NCBI GenBank assembly: GCA_038153405.1
Contig: JAYOYH010000002.1
Coordinates: 96,001 to 160,000 of the forward strand
Source of the DNA: Gemmatimonadota bacterium
Lineage (GTDB): Bacteria > Latescibacterota > UBA2968 > UBA8231
Length of the DNA: 64,000 nucleotides
Direction: 5' to 3'
A program made the translations under genes and the position numbers. The notes below the pieces were generated by a model. It was given only the letters and a program-made list of their open reading frames with translations. It was not told the origin of the DNA and searched no databases. Of the stretch, positions 37,570 to 48,118 are shown piece after piece (the first letter of the stretch is position 1; each line of letters starts with the position of its first letter).

Positions 37570-39702
37570 TCACGGCGTCTTGCGCAGCGCTCTAGCGCGG
37601 ACCAGCGCATCCGCGACGATCTCTTGGGTGATGAGTTCGGGCAAAACGATTGGCTCGTCTATATTCCCACCGGGGAATATGACGTATAGCGGCACACCGG
37701 AGCGTCCGAACGCACTCAATAGCTGCGTAATCTGCGGATTGCGCCGTGTCCAATCGGCCTTGATCAGGGCGACATTGTCGGCTTCAAAGCGCGAACGGAC
37801 TTCATCTCGCATCAGCACGGCGCGCTCGTTCACCTTGCAAGTCCAACACCACTCGGCGGTAAAATCGATAAAGACCGTTTGCCCAGCCCCCACCCGGCGT
37901 TCCACTTCGGCGGGGGAAAAGTCGATCCACTCAAGTGATACCGCCGCCTGGGGCAGTGCACGAGTGGTATCTGCGCGCGTGAGCAGTGGATGTAAAAACG
38001 CGCCATATGCTACTAAAACAATGAGCAGCGCAATCGCCCACACCGTGCGCCGTCGGCGCGGGCTGTCTTCTAGACGCACCCACTGACCGACAATCCAGCA
38101 AGCCAGGGCAATGCCCAGTAGAAAGGCGCCGGTCCAGATGACGCCTTCAGGGCCCACTTGCTTGCCCAGCACCCATAGCAACCACAGCACGGTCGCCATA
38201 AGCGGAAAGCCCATAGCCTGCTTAAAGCGCTCCATCCACACACCGGGGCGCGGCAGAAAACGCGTCCAGGCAGGCACGGCAGCCAGAATGGCATAGGGCA
38301 GCGCCATACCAACGCCGCAGCCCAAGAAGATAGCGATGACCGTTCCGGCTGGCTGGGCAAAGGCAAACCCCACCGCAGTCCCTAGGAGTGGGGCCGTGCA
38401 CGGCGTGGCCAGCACCGTGGCCAGCACGCCGTTAAAGAACGAAGCCGCGAGTCCTTCACCTTCGTCGAAACCGCTCGAACTGGCCGGCAGTGAAATGGCG
38501 TAGACGCCAAACAGGCTCAGGCCCAGCGCAAAGATCAGCGCCGCCATGGCCGCGACAAAGGCGGGATACTGAAACTGGAAGCCCCAACCGATCTGCTCTC
38601 CCCCCCCTTTGAGCGCTATAACAAGGAGCGCCAACACCAAAAAAGACGCTACAATACCGGCAGAGAACGCCAGACCCAGCATACGCACGCGCCGCTGCTG
38701 CTGACCGGCTTGACCGACGAGGGACAGCACCTTGAGCGAAATAACGGGCAGCACGCAGGGCATGAGGTTGAGAATGAGTCCTCCACCTAGCGCCATGAGT
38801 AGATAGATCCACAGAGGAGCACTATTGCTGGGAGACGATGCGCTGAAACTGCGCTCGAGCAGGCTTTCTTCAGCGTCTTCAATAAATGAACTCAGATCGA
38901 GCGCCAAGCGGCCCGAGCGGCGCTGCTCTTCGCCCTCCAGCGCGTAGACTAACACGCCGTCGAGTGCCTCGATGGGCTCTTCGCCGTAGGGCTGAATAAC
39001 TAGTTCGAGGCGACCTGCCGCAGGAGAGCGTGTGCGAAACGCGATGTCTTGGGCATCAAGCGGATAAAAATCGAGGCGGCCGGAGTCTAGCGACTCGGCG
39101 CTTTGCACATTCAGTTCAACCCGTCGTTCCGTTGCACTACCGCGCACCCGATAGCGCACTTCAACGGACGGCGAGAGCGCCGCTGGCACCTCGGCGGCAT
39201 AGCGCTCGAACAGTGCGTCATGTACCGTCTGGCCGCGTCCGACCGGCAGATTCAGCTGGACGCGCGCACCGCCTGGAATGCACAACTCGCGGCAGACCAG
39301 CCAGGATACGTCCGCCGCTAAGCGCAGCGTATCGCCCAGCACGGCACCGCGCGGAGCCTGCACGGCGCTGATCAGCAGCACCTCATCGGCATAGCCGTAG
39401 ACGACGAGGTCCCCTTCCTCCGTATACTTTTGGGGCAGCGGCCACTGCAGTGGGCCGGCACTCCACCCCTCGGGCAGATCCCAATCTACCTGTGTCGGCA
39501 TTCCGGCATCGCCGCTAAACGCCCAATAGGTGTGCCACCCCTCATCCATGCGCAGAGAAATGCCCAGTCGCAGGGCATCGCCAGGGAGCACGGCGCTCAC
39601 GTCGGCCAGCAGACGTGCCTCTACTGGGTGATCGTTCTCTGCTCCAATCGCTTGCACACAGCAGAGCGCAGCGAGCAGGCCTATCACGCCCATGCGTATC
39701 AT
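37570..39702 (-). CDS. dsbD: Thiol:disulfide interchange protein, DsbD family
   Basis: N-terminal GWHTYW...CRELCIPG; TM LNLMPCVLP and LATPCTAP; thioredoxin FTAEWCWTCK. Confidence 0.9.
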   Translation of the reverse strand: MIRMGVIGLLAALCCVQAIGAENDHPVEARLLADVSAVLPGDALRLGISLRMDEGWHTYWAFSGDAGMPTQVDWDLPEGWSAGPLQWPLPQKYTEEGDLVVYGYADEVLLISAVQAPRGAVLGDTLRLAADVSWLVCRELCIPGGARVQLNLPVGRGQTVHDALFERYAAEVPAALSPSVEVRYRVRGSATERRVELNVQSAESLDSGRLDFYPLDAQDIAFRTRSPAAGRLELVIQPYGEEPIEALDGVLVYALEGEEQRRSGRLALDLSSFIEDAEESLLERSFSASSPSNSAPLWIYLLMALGGGLILNLMPCVLPVISLKVLSLVGQAGQQQRRVRMLGLAFSAGIVASFLVLALLVIALKGGGEQIGWGFQFQYPAFVAAMAALIFALGLSLFGVYAISLPASSSGFDEGEGLAASFFNGVLATVLATPCTAPLLGTAVGFAFAQPAGTVIAIFLGCGVGMALPYAILAAVPAWTRFLPRPGVWMERFKQAMGFPLMATVLWLLWVLGKQVGPEGVIWTGAFLLGIALACWIVGQWVRLEDSPRRRRTVWAIALLIVLVAYGAFLHPLLTRADTTRALPQAAVSLEWIDFSPAEVERRVGAGQTVFIDFTAEWCWTCKVNERAVLMRDEVRSRFEADNVALIKADWTRRNPQITQLLSAFGRSGVPLYVIFPGGNIDEPIVLPELITQEIVADALVRARALRKTP

Positions 39703-39795
39703 GTCGAATGGAGTCGTTCTACGAACCGGCGCAATCGAAACACTGCAGCCAGCGTTTGCACGTCTACCTGTGCGGCGATGGCAGCGCGCGCCATA

Positions 39796-40917
39796 TTAGA
39801 GCAACCGGTGCGCGGCCAGCACGCCTTCATCGAGTTCTATGCCCAAGCCCGGCGCTTCGGGAACGGCGATATAGCCATCCTGTAGGACTTCGGCTGGCCG
39901 CGTCAACTCCGCGCGCCACGGCACCTCGCCAAAGGCGTACTCCAATACGGTGAAGTTCGAAATCGTCGCCGCTAGGTGCACACCGGCCATGGTCGAAACG
40001 GGACCGGCCGGGCTGTGCGGCGCCACCGGTATTTGCTTGGTCTCGGCCATTGCCGCAATGCGCCGGCACTCGGTAATGCCGCCGGCGTGCTTTACGTCGG
40101 GCATTAACACGTGCACGGCGCCATGCTCGATATAGTCCCAAAACTGCTCGCGACCGAACATGGCTTCGCCGCCGGCCGTCGTATGTCCCGAGTGCAGCGT
40201 AATATGGCGCAGCGCCTCGATCTGTTCGCGCGGCACCGGTTCCTCGAACCAGTAGAGATTGAGAGGTAGGGTCTTGCGGGCGACCTTCATCGCCAAGGCC
40301 AGGTCAAAGCGCTGGTGACAATCGACGAGCAGTTCCACTTCATCGCCAATGGCCCGCCGCGTAAATTCGAGGCGCTCTACGCCCTTATCGGCATCGCGCT
40401 CTACGCCCGCGCGGTCCATAGTGCGCCAGCGCACCTCGTCAAAAGGAGTGGCCTTGACGGCGCTAAACCCAGCATCAACGGCGCGCGCTGCCGCATCGGC
40501 AAAACCCTGCGGACTGCGGTCGCGGGTGCCGCGATTTAGGTTGGCATAGACGCGTACGCGGTCGCGCCGCTTGCCGCCCAGCAGGCGCCACACCGGCACA
40601 TCGAGGGCCTTGCCGGCGATATCCCACAGCGCCTGATCAATGGCGCTTATCGCCGTGGCGCCCACGCGACCGGCATCGCCAGAAAAAATGCCGCCGGAAT
40701 GCACCATGCGCTCCCACAGCACCTCTGGCTGGGTGGGATCGCAGCCAACCAGGCGCTGCCCCATCAGCTCCAGCGCCGCGAGGACCAGCGCGTCGTTGCC
40801 GCTCTGACTAGCTTCTCCAATGCCAGTTATACCGGCATCCGTATGCAAAAGCACGAAATGCCAGTTCCCGCGCGATGAGGCTTCGACGCCGTGCACGGTC
40901 AGCTGCGTAATCTTCAT
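39796..40917 (-). CDS. Mandelate racemase/enolase-superfamily dehydratase (DgoD-like)
   Basis: SAIDQALWDIAGK, LLVDCH, WFEEP, GGE, PDVKHAGGI, APH, PGLGIE. Confidence 0.9.
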   Translation of the reverse strand: MKITQLTVHGVEASSRGNWHFVLLHTDAGITGIGEASQSGNDALVLAALELMGQRLVGCDPTQPEVLWERMVHSGGIFSGDAGRVGATAISAIDQALWDIAGKALDVPVWRLLGGKRRDRVRVYANLNRGTRDRSPQGFADAAARAVDAGFSAVKATPFDEVRWRTMDRAGVERDADKGVERLEFTRRAIGDEVELLVDCHQRFDLALAMKVARKTLPLNLYWFEEPVPREQIEALRHITLHSGHTTAGGEAMFGREQFWDYIEHGAVHVLMPDVKHAGGITECRRIAAMAETKQIPVAPHSPAGPVSTMAGVHLAATISNFTVLEYAFGEVPWRAELTRPAEVLQDGYIAVPEAPGLGIELDEGVLAAHRLL

Positions 40918-42218
40918 TACTCCTCCATGTCAATCTGCGCACCTAAGGATATCATGTCGCGAAAAAATGCGGGGTAGGACTTATTGACGTTTTCGGCGTT
41001 GAGTATGGTCAAACCGCGCCGGCAGCGCATGCCGACAATAGTCAGCATCTGCGCCACGCGATGATCGTGATGCGTCTCCACGGCCACTCCGCCCTCGTAG
41101 CCATCGGGATTGCCGCGCACGACGATCTCGCTCTCGCCTTCTTCGCAGTCGACCCCTAGACCGCGCAATTCGCGCACCGGCACGCTGATCCGATCGCATT
41201 CTTTGAGACGCAAATTGCCGATGCCGTAAAATCGACTCTCGCCCTCGGCCAGCGCTGCTGCCGCTACCATTGCCAGCACGGCATCGGTGGCGCGATCGCC
41301 GTCAAACTGCACTGCGCGCAGCGCTCCGCTGCCGCTAAAATGCACCGAACGGCCGTCGTGCTCGAGCGCACAGCCCATCTGACGCAGCAGCGGTACTACG
41401 GCGCGCTCGCCCTGACTATCGGCAAAGAGTCGGTCCAGCGTAAAGTCGCCACCGGCCACGGCACCGGCGGCCAACAGCGCGGCACTGGAGGGGTAATCGC
41501 CGTTGACCGAATACTCGCCGGCGCGATAGGCCTGACCACCGCCGATGTGAAAGTTGAGCAAATCTTCGCCCGCTTCGACGTCTATGCCGGCCTGGCGCAT
41601 GACTTCCAGCGTCGTGTGCACTAGCGGCTGGGATACCAAGCCATTGCGCACTTCGATCTCGACATCCTCGCCGATCAACGGTGCCATAAAGAGCAGCGCG
41701 CTGAGATACTGCGAGCTATTGGCACCGCTCACCCAAATGCGTCCACCGCGCAGCTGACGGCCGCGCAGCACGACGGGCAGTTTGCCGCCGCGCGACTCGC
41801 ACTGCACCCCGAGCTGCTCGAGCGCCTGCAGCAGATCGCCGTGCGGCCGCGTGCCGAGGGAATCGGCATAATCGGTCTCAAAGCGTATTTCGTCCAGTTG
41901 GGCGCCAACGCCCATCAGCAGGCGCAGCACGGCGCCGGCATTGCCCGGATTGATCACGCCGGGATTGTGCGGCTTGCCGGCAAAGCCGCGCACGCGCGCA
42001 TGGGGTCCCGCCGCGTCGATCGCATCTTCAATTTCCGCACCAAAGGCGCGCAGGCACCGCCGCATAGCCGCCGCATCGTCGCTTTCGGCGGGAAAGCGCA
42101 CGATGCTCTCGCCGTCGGCCAGCGCCGCCACCAGCAGGTAGCGGGTTGTATAGTTCTTTGATGAAGGTGGATTGAGTCGCCCGGACAGCTTGTGCGTCGG
42201 GCGCACCAGAGCTCGCAT
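40917..42218 (-). CDS. aroA: 3-phosphoshikimate 1-carboxyvinyltransferase (EPSP synthase)
   Basis: PSSKNYTTR, GNAGAVLR, SSQYLSALL, LRLKECDRI, HDHRVA, VNKSYP. Confidence 0.95.
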   Translation of the reverse strand: MRALVRPTHKLSGRLNPPSSKNYTTRYLLVAALADGESIVRFPAESDDAAAMRRCLRAFGAEIEDAIDAAGPHARVRGFAGKPHNPGVINPGNAGAVLRLLMGVGAQLDEIRFETDYADSLGTRPHGDLLQALEQLGVQCESRGGKLPVVLRGRQLRGGRIWVSGANSSQYLSALLFMAPLIGEDVEIEVRNGLVSQPLVHTTLEVMRQAGIDVEAGEDLLNFHIGGGQAYRAGEYSVNGDYPSSAALLAAGAVAGGDFTLDRLFADSQGERAVVPLLRQMGCALEHDGRSVHFSGSGALRAVQFDGDRATDAVLAMVAAAALAEGESRFYGIGNLRLKECDRISVPVRELRGLGVDCEEGESEIVVRGNPDGYEGGVAVETHHDHRVAQMLTIVGMRCRRGLTILNAENVNKSYPAFFRDMISLGAQIDMEE

Positions 42219-42310
42219 GGAATCTATCCTATGTAGATGGGTCTCACGTGGGAAAGTGACCAGAAAATAAACAACGGGCCGTCAAAAGGCTACCCGCATG
42301 GGAAGCCCTT

Positions 42311-43414
42311 TTAGCCGCGCCGCTCGAGCGTTATACAACGCGGCCGGTAGGTGCGCTGCACCATGCTGCGCTCGTCCAACAATTTCCACCGTGCACCGTT
42401 CTCCTGCAGGGCGCGGGTGAGAGCGGCGGCATCTTCCGAAATAAATACCGCTCGCCCACCTATCCTGCACAGGCGCGCTGCTTCGGCTAGGACCTGCGCA
42501 TACAAGAGCGCATTGGCCGAGCGTGTACCGTGTGCTCGGCCATAGGGCAGATCGGCAGTCACCGCGTCAAAAGCCGCATCGGGAAAGGGACATGCGCGCA
42601 CGTCGGCCAGCACCAGGTGCCAATGCGATTCCACTTCAGCCGCCTGCACATTGACGCGGCTGGCTGCAATTGCGTGCGGCGAAGAGTCTATGCCCACCGC
42701 CGAGCGAACGCGCTGGCGCAGCAGGCGTTCAATCAGCAGCGTGCCGCCGCCGCACATGAGGTTGGCAAAGCTGTCCGTCCGCCGCGGTGTTGACAGCTCC
42801 ACCATGCTCGCTGCCAGTGCCGCATTGAGGCTTCCTCGATAGTCCACCTGCCGCCACGTGCGCGTGGCCAGCGGCCTATTCCCCACGCGGCACAGCACTT
42901 CCCAGCCCGCAACACCTGGGCGAAAGACCAACACGCCGTCGCCCTCTTCTGGATCAAACGGCATGTGCAGCGCATCTTCTAATGCCCTAGCAATACGGCG
43001 CATGGTCGGCGATTCGGAACCGGCCGCGTCAAAGCGCAGACTGCCGGCTGGCTCGATGCCGCGCACGGCCTGCGCCTGCCGCACCAACTCGACTAGAGCA
43101 GCCAAGTGCTCCGGGCTCAGCAGCGTGCGCGGGCGCTGCACGGCAAAATCCCTGCGCACAAAGAGCGTTTGCACCGTGCGCAAGGCGAGCAAGGAGCTCG
43201 CATCTCCCCCATAGCGAAAGTGTATTTCATCGCGGCGGCGGTGAGCCAGCAGCACGCATGCTCCACCCAACCGGCGAACAATTTCGCCGCGCGCAATATC
43301 CTCACAGCCTTCTAGCGCGGCGGCAACCCATAGTGTCTGTGGACCGCGCAGCGCCGAGCGCACGGCCCCATGTGCCGGACCTTGGGCGCGCCGCTTAGAG
43401 CGTCTCGTACTCAT
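42311..43414 (-). CDS. Putative RNA methyltransferase (UPF0020; RlmL/Trm14-like)
   Basis: GSLNAALAASM, NLMCGGGTLLIE, TADLPYG. Confidence 0.75.
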   Translation of the reverse strand: MSTRRSKRRAQGPAHGAVRSALRGPQTLWVAAALEGCEDIARGEIVRRLGGACVLLAHRRRDEIHFRYGGDASSLLALRTVQTLFVRRDFAVQRPRTLLSPEHLAALVELVRQAQAVRGIEPAGSLRFDAAGSESPTMRRIARALEDALHMPFDPEEGDGVLVFRPGVAGWEVLCRVGNRPLATRTWRQVDYRGSLNAALAASMVELSTPRRTDSFANLMCGGGTLLIERLLRQRVRSAVGIDSSPHAIAASRVNVQAAEVESHWHLVLADVRACPFPDAAFDAVTADLPYGRAHGTRSANALLYAQVLAEAARLCRIGGRAVFISEDAAALTRALQENGARWKLLDERSMVQRTYRPRCITLERRG

Positions 43415-43634
43415 CGCCCTGCAAACACTCGGCGTACGGTTCGTAACGCCCCCTGTATATCGTGCTCATGCGGCGCAAAGTAGGCCCTGTCGATCGCCCA
43501 ATCAATACCCCCTTCGCGCGTCTGATACGCATAGTTTTTCCCAGCAAAATCATCGCTTAGCTCTTTTCCTGCACAGCCACATTTCGTTAGTTATGATCAT
43601 TGATTTATACGCCTTTTTTGCCTGGAATACGCCC

Positions 43635-45851
43635 ATGGACCTCTTTGACGCCAGCCTGGCTGCACGGCAAGAGCGCGATCAACCGCTGGCCGCCCGCCTG
43701 CGCCCGCGCACGCTCGACGAGTACGTGGGACAGGACCACATACTCGGCCCGGGCCGGCTGCTGCGCCGCGCCATCCAAGCAGACCAACTCTCCTCTCTCA
43801 TCTTCTACGGACCGCCTGGAACCGGCAAGACGACGCTGGCTTCCGTCATTGCACACACCACGCGCTCGCACTTTATCTCAATCAACGCCGTACTGGCTGG
43901 GGTCGGCGAGATACGCAAAGCCATAGAAGAGGCACAGGAGCGCCGCAAACTACACGACCAACGCACCATCCTATTTATCGACGAAGTGCATCGATTTAAC
44001 AAGGCGCAGCAGGATGCCCTGTTGCCCTGGGTGGAAAACGGCATCGTCATTCTCGTTGGCGCCACCACGGAAAATCCCTACTTCTCCGTCAACCGCCCCC
44101 TGCTGTCGCGCAGTCGCGTCTTCCAGCTCAAAGGGCTCGAGGCAAGCGATCTCAAGCGCATTGTCGAACACGCACTGTCCGCACCCAAGGGCTATGGACA
44201 GGCAAAGGTTGTCGTTGACGAACAGGCTCTACGTCACCTAGTAGATGTGGCCAACGGCGACGCCCGTGCGTTGCTCAACGCGCTCGAGCTAGCCGTCGAG
44301 ACGACGCCACCCGATAGCCAGGGCCGCATCATCGTCACGCTCGAAGTGGCCGAGGAGTCGATTCAGCAACGCGCGCTGCTCTACGACAAAGAGGGCGACT
44401 ACCACTTCGATACGATCAGCGCCTTTATCAAGTCGATGCGCGGTTCAGACCCCGATGCCACGCTCTACTGGCTCGCGCGCATGGTCTACGCCGGCGAAGA
44501 CCCACTCTTTATCCTACGCCGCATGCTCATTTTTGCCAGCGAAGACGTCGGTTTAGCCGACCCGCACGCCCTTCACATCGTGACCAATGCCGCCATCGCC
44601 TTTGACCGCGTCGGCCTACCCGAAGGCCGCTTCGCGCTCTCGCATGCTGCGCTCTATCTGGCAATCGCGCCCAAGAGCAATTCGACCATGGCCTTTTTCG
44701 ATGCGCTGGCCGCAGTCGAAAAAGAGCACGAAGAAGACGTACCCAACCACTTAAAAGACGCCAGCCGAGACAGCGAGGGATTTGGCCACGGAGCCAACTA
44801 CCTCTACCCGCACGCCTTTCGCGAACACTGGGTCGCCCAGCAATACCTGCCGGGCAGTCTGCAGGGCCGCGTGTTCTACCAACCGTCAGACAGTGGGCGC
44901 GAAAAGGCGCTGGCCGACCAAGTGCGGCGCCGGCGCGAACTGCAACTGGCTGCTATGCTGGAGAGTCATTCAACGCCCGAGATCCTTAGCTTTTCACCGC
45001 CTGACAAGGTGCGCGACCAGTGGCTGCAGCGCGCCGCCGGCCAACACGGAGTGCAGTTGGAAACGCTGCGTATGCGCCTCATAGAATCCCTGCACATCGA
45101 GCGCCACCACCTCATTCTCGACCTCAACACCGGCACCGGCCTGCTGGCATGGGAAGCCCTGCGGCACGCCCCAGAAGGCGGCGTCTGGATGCAAACTCCC
45201 GACAAGGCCTCGGCCGTGGCCCTGCACGAAATAGCCGCTCGCCTGCCCGAGTTGGAGCAACCCCGCGTTTTGCACGGCCCCCTCACCCAGTTGGACGAGC
45301 TGCTCGACGGAGAAGAAATGGACATGCGCTTTGACGGCATCTGCGGGCGCAACGCCCTTGGTGGACTCGCCGAAAAAGAGCGCATTGCAGCGCGCACTGT
45401 CCAACGCCTGCTGCCGGGCGGACGCCTGGCGCTGAGCGAAGTACTATTGCGTCGCGCTCAGCGCCTGCACCGCCTGGTCCCCCTCGACGCGCTCGACGAT
45501 TCGCTGCGCCGGCGCTTTGTCGAGGCCGAAGAGGCCATTTACGAAGACGTGCACAACCCGCACGTGGCGTGGGACGTCGACGATATACGCGCCCACTTTG
45601 CCGCGACCGAACTCACCTCCTTAGACGTGCGCTGTGAAGAGGTCTGTAGCCAACGTCACATCAGCCCCCAACAGCTGGCCCACTGGTTTGATCCCGGCGG
45701 CGAAAGGCGGCACACCTACACTCGACATCTCAGCAAGCACCTCGACGAGGACGAGATACGCGCCGTCCGCCACCTCTTCGAAAAGAAACTCGCCCACAAA
45801 ACGCTACCCTGGTCTACCACGCAGGTCTACATAACGGGCCGTGCTCCCTAA
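43635..45851 (+). CDS. rarA: Replication-associated recombination protein RarA/MgsA with C-terminal methyltransferase-like domain
   Basis: PLAARLRP, GPPGTGKTT, FIDEVHRFNKAQQD, GATTENP, SAFIKSMRGSDPDA, QQYLP; tail with ILDLNTGTG. Confidence 0.92.
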   Translation: MDLFDASLAARQERDQPLAARLRPRTLDEYVGQDHILGPGRLLRRAIQADQLSSLIFYGPPGTGKTTLASVIAHTTRSHFISINAVLAGVGEIRKAIEEAQERRKLHDQRTILFIDEVHRFNKAQQDALLPWVENGIVILVGATTENPYFSVNRPLLSRSRVFQLKGLEASDLKRIVEHALSAPKGYGQAKVVVDEQALRHLVDVANGDARALLNALELAVETTPPDSQGRIIVTLEVAEESIQQRALLYDKEGDYHFDTISAFIKSMRGSDPDATLYWLARMVYAGEDPLFILRRMLIFASEDVGLADPHALHIVTNAAIAFDRVGLPEGRFALSHAALYLAIAPKSNSTMAFFDALAAVEKEHEEDVPNHLKDASRDSEGFGHGANYLYPHAFREHWVAQQYLPGSLQGRVFYQPSDSGREKALADQVRRRRELQLAAMLESHSTPEILSFSPPDKVRDQWLQRAAGQHGVQLETLRMRLIESLHIERHHLILDLNTGTGLLAWEALRHAPEGGVWMQTPDKASAVALHEIAARLPELEQPRVLHGPLTQLDELLDGEEMDMRFDGICGRNALGGLAEKERIAARTVQRLLPGGRLALSEVLLRRAQRLHRLVPLDALDDSLRRRFVEAEEAIYEDVHNPHVAWDVDDIRAHFAATELTSLDVRCEEVCSQRHISPQQLAHWFDPGGERRHTYTRHLSKHLDEDEIRAVRHLFEKKLAHKTLPWSTTQVYITGRAP

Positions 45852-45954
45852 CCCACAGCGCAATATAGTGGTTGATTTGAACTGTGCGACCGCTTAAATT
45901 ACGGGCCGATTCCGCAATGCAGCGCAGTACGCAGCGAACCCCAACCTGTAGAAA

Positions 45955-47196
45955 GTGGTTATGCGCGCCTCAATTGCCGTTTTTTTCTTTTCAGTAGCCC
46001 TGTCGTTATCCGGCTGCAGCACCACGGAACAGCAAATTACCGACTACGTCGAACAAATGGCAGCCAATCCCGTCGACTCGCCGGCTTGGCGCGAAGCGGT
46101 GGACGGACTGATTGCCATCGGACGACCCGCTGCGCGCCAACTCACCGCCCAGCTCAACCCAGATCACTATGTGGGCGAGCACTACCGCGAATTCCGCGAG
46201 GAGCAGGAAAAGCTGCGCACCGGCAGTGCGCGCGTGCTGGGGCGCATAAAGCCGCGCGGTGCGACCGGCCCCCTAAAAGACCGCATAACGACCGCCAATA
46301 CCGATACCGAGCGCATCGCCTGTATATGGGCTCTCGGCGAGATTGGTTTTGTGCAGGCCGGCGTTGATGCGCTCAAGGCGCAGCTATCGGATAGCAATTC
46401 GCTCATCCGTCTGCACGCGGCCATTGCCCTTCTCAAAATGGACGACGAGTCCGGCTACGAAGAAGTCTCCACGGCGCTCAGTGGCACGGACGACGCGCAG
46501 GTGCGCATCGCCCTCGACGGCCTGGCCGAAGCCAAGCACTTCGGGGTTCCCCTACTTGCGCGCACGGTGCGCGCAGATGGACCGCATCAGAGTGCCCTGC
46601 GCCAGACCATAGACCAAGTATCAGCCAGACTGGTTGAGCAGCTTGATCACGAGGACCCGGAGCTGCGGCGGCGCGGCGCCATCGCGCTGGGCCAGCTCGG
46701 CAATGCGCAGCACGTCGACGTGCTGGTCGAACGACTCTCCGACCCCAGCAACCAGGTCCGCTTTAGCACGGCGGCCGCGCTGGCCGGCATGGATCAGGCC
46801 GCTGGCATCGACTTTCTCTTTAGCGCGATGCGCGATGCCGATCCCATCCTGCGCACTAATGCGGTCAAATTTCTCGCCGACGTGCAAAAAGAAACCGGTA
46901 CCGTTGAGGCCCAACTGATCGATGCACTCTCCAATTCTGAAGCCCTCACGCGCGCTGGCGCGGCACAGGTCCTCGGCCAAGCGCGCGTAGTAGCCGCCGT
47001 TGATGCGTTGTTAAATGCAACGATCGACGCAGATGCACAGGTGCGCGCCAACGCCGTTATCGCCTTAGGGCGTATTGGACGCGCCGAGAGTCGCTCTCCT
47101 ATAGAAGCCCTGCTGAGCGACCCCGATGAAACCGTAGCCTACTACGCCGAATGGGCACTTCGCCAACTCGATGCGCAACAGGGAGGAGAGGGCTAA
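45955..47196 (+). CDS. HEAT/PBS-lyase repeat lipoprotein
   Basis: Lipobox LSGC; repeated units such as LSDSNSLIRLHAAIAL, LSDPSNQVRFSTAAAL, DADAQVRANAVIALGRIG. Confidence 0.85.
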   Translation: MVMRASIAVFFFSVALSLSGCSTTEQQITDYVEQMAANPVDSPAWREAVDGLIAIGRPAARQLTAQLNPDHYVGEHYREFREEQEKLRTGSARVLGRIKPRGATGPLKDRITTANTDTERIACIWALGEIGFVQAGVDALKAQLSDSNSLIRLHAAIALLKMDDESGYEEVSTALSGTDDAQVRIALDGLAEAKHFGVPLLARTVRADGPHQSALRQTIDQVSARLVEQLDHEDPELRRRGAIALGQLGNAQHVDVLVERLSDPSNQVRFSTAAALAGMDQAAGIDFLFSAMRDADPILRTNAVKFLADVQKETGTVEAQLIDALSNSEALTRAGAAQVLGQARVVAAVDALLNATIDADAQVRANAVIALGRIGRAESRSPIEALLSDPDETVAYYAEWALRQLDAQQGGEG

Positions 47197-47197
47197 T

Positions 47198-48112
47198 ATG
47201 GGACACATCGTTAAAATAGCGCGCATAACCATCGTCTTTACCCTGCTCATCGGCCTGCGCGCAGAGGGGGCCGAAACGCCCGAGACCATCCTCATACGCC
47301 AGACGCTGAGCGCCGATTTATCAGGTCATCGCCGCGGCGACCTAGACCTCACCCTATCGGCATACGACGAATATCTGGCCGCCTACGATGGCAACGGCAG
47401 CTCTGACCCACGCGGCTGGAGCATTCGCCACGAAAGCCGCGATGCCCTCAAGGCCAGCTTGGAGCAAGACCTGCAAGCCAACCGCTACGAAACGGAGCGC
47501 ACCGTGCCGGCCATTCAGGTCCGTGGCAACGTCGCCACGGCTACGACAATCGATTCTGGGCGCGTGATCGACCGTCAAAATGGCACCGAGCGCACGGTGT
47601 ACGAGAAGCGCCTGTGGACGCTCTTTAAACGCGAAGACCGCTGGCGCATCACCGCCTTTGTAGCCTCTTTGGGCGACTCTGCCGCGCCTGTACGGCCATC
47701 GGCCAACGACGAAGTCAGCGCCGTGCTCGCCCGCGAAGAAGAGGCGCGCGAAGCCGGCGACAGCGGCGATTTGCTATCGCTCTTTGCCGAAAACTTCAGC
47801 GGCTACGACGGCAAGGAATCGCTCAACCCAGCCGCGTGGAAAATCATCTTTAGCGGCACGGAAGAGTTTGAGAAGCACCTCGTGCGCCGCCTGCCGCACG
47901 TGGCGTACCAGGTGGATCGCCAGCTCCTTTCGACCCAGGTTGGTCCCCAGCAGCGCGAGGCCATCGCCGTAACGCGTGACAAGGTCCAGGTAACCCACGA
48001 GCGCGGCGAGTCGGAGCACGCGGTGGAACAGTATGTTATGTGGACGCTGAGCAAGCGAGACGGCGACTGGAAAATAACCAATATGCTCTATAACCTAGGC
48101 CCGTCCGAATGA
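47198..48112 (+). CDS. Secreted protein with two tandem NTF2/SnoaL-like domains
   Basis: Signal peptide; two ~125-aa repeats ending WTLFKREDRWRIT and WTLSKRDGDWKIT. Confidence 0.7.
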   Translation: MGHIVKIARITIVFTLLIGLRAEGAETPETILIRQTLSADLSGHRRGDLDLTLSAYDEYLAAYDGNGSSDPRGWSIRHESRDALKASLEQDLQANRYETERTVPAIQVRGNVATATTIDSGRVIDRQNGTERTVYEKRLWTLFKREDRWRITAFVASLGDSAAPVRPSANDEVSAVLAREEEAREAGDSGDLLSLFAENFSGYDGKESLNPAAWKIIFSGTEEFEKHLVRRLPHVAYQVDRQLLSTQVGPQQREAIAVTRDKVQVTHERGESEHAVEQYVMWTLSKRDGDWKITNMLYNLGPSE

Positions 48113-48118
48113 GGCGCG

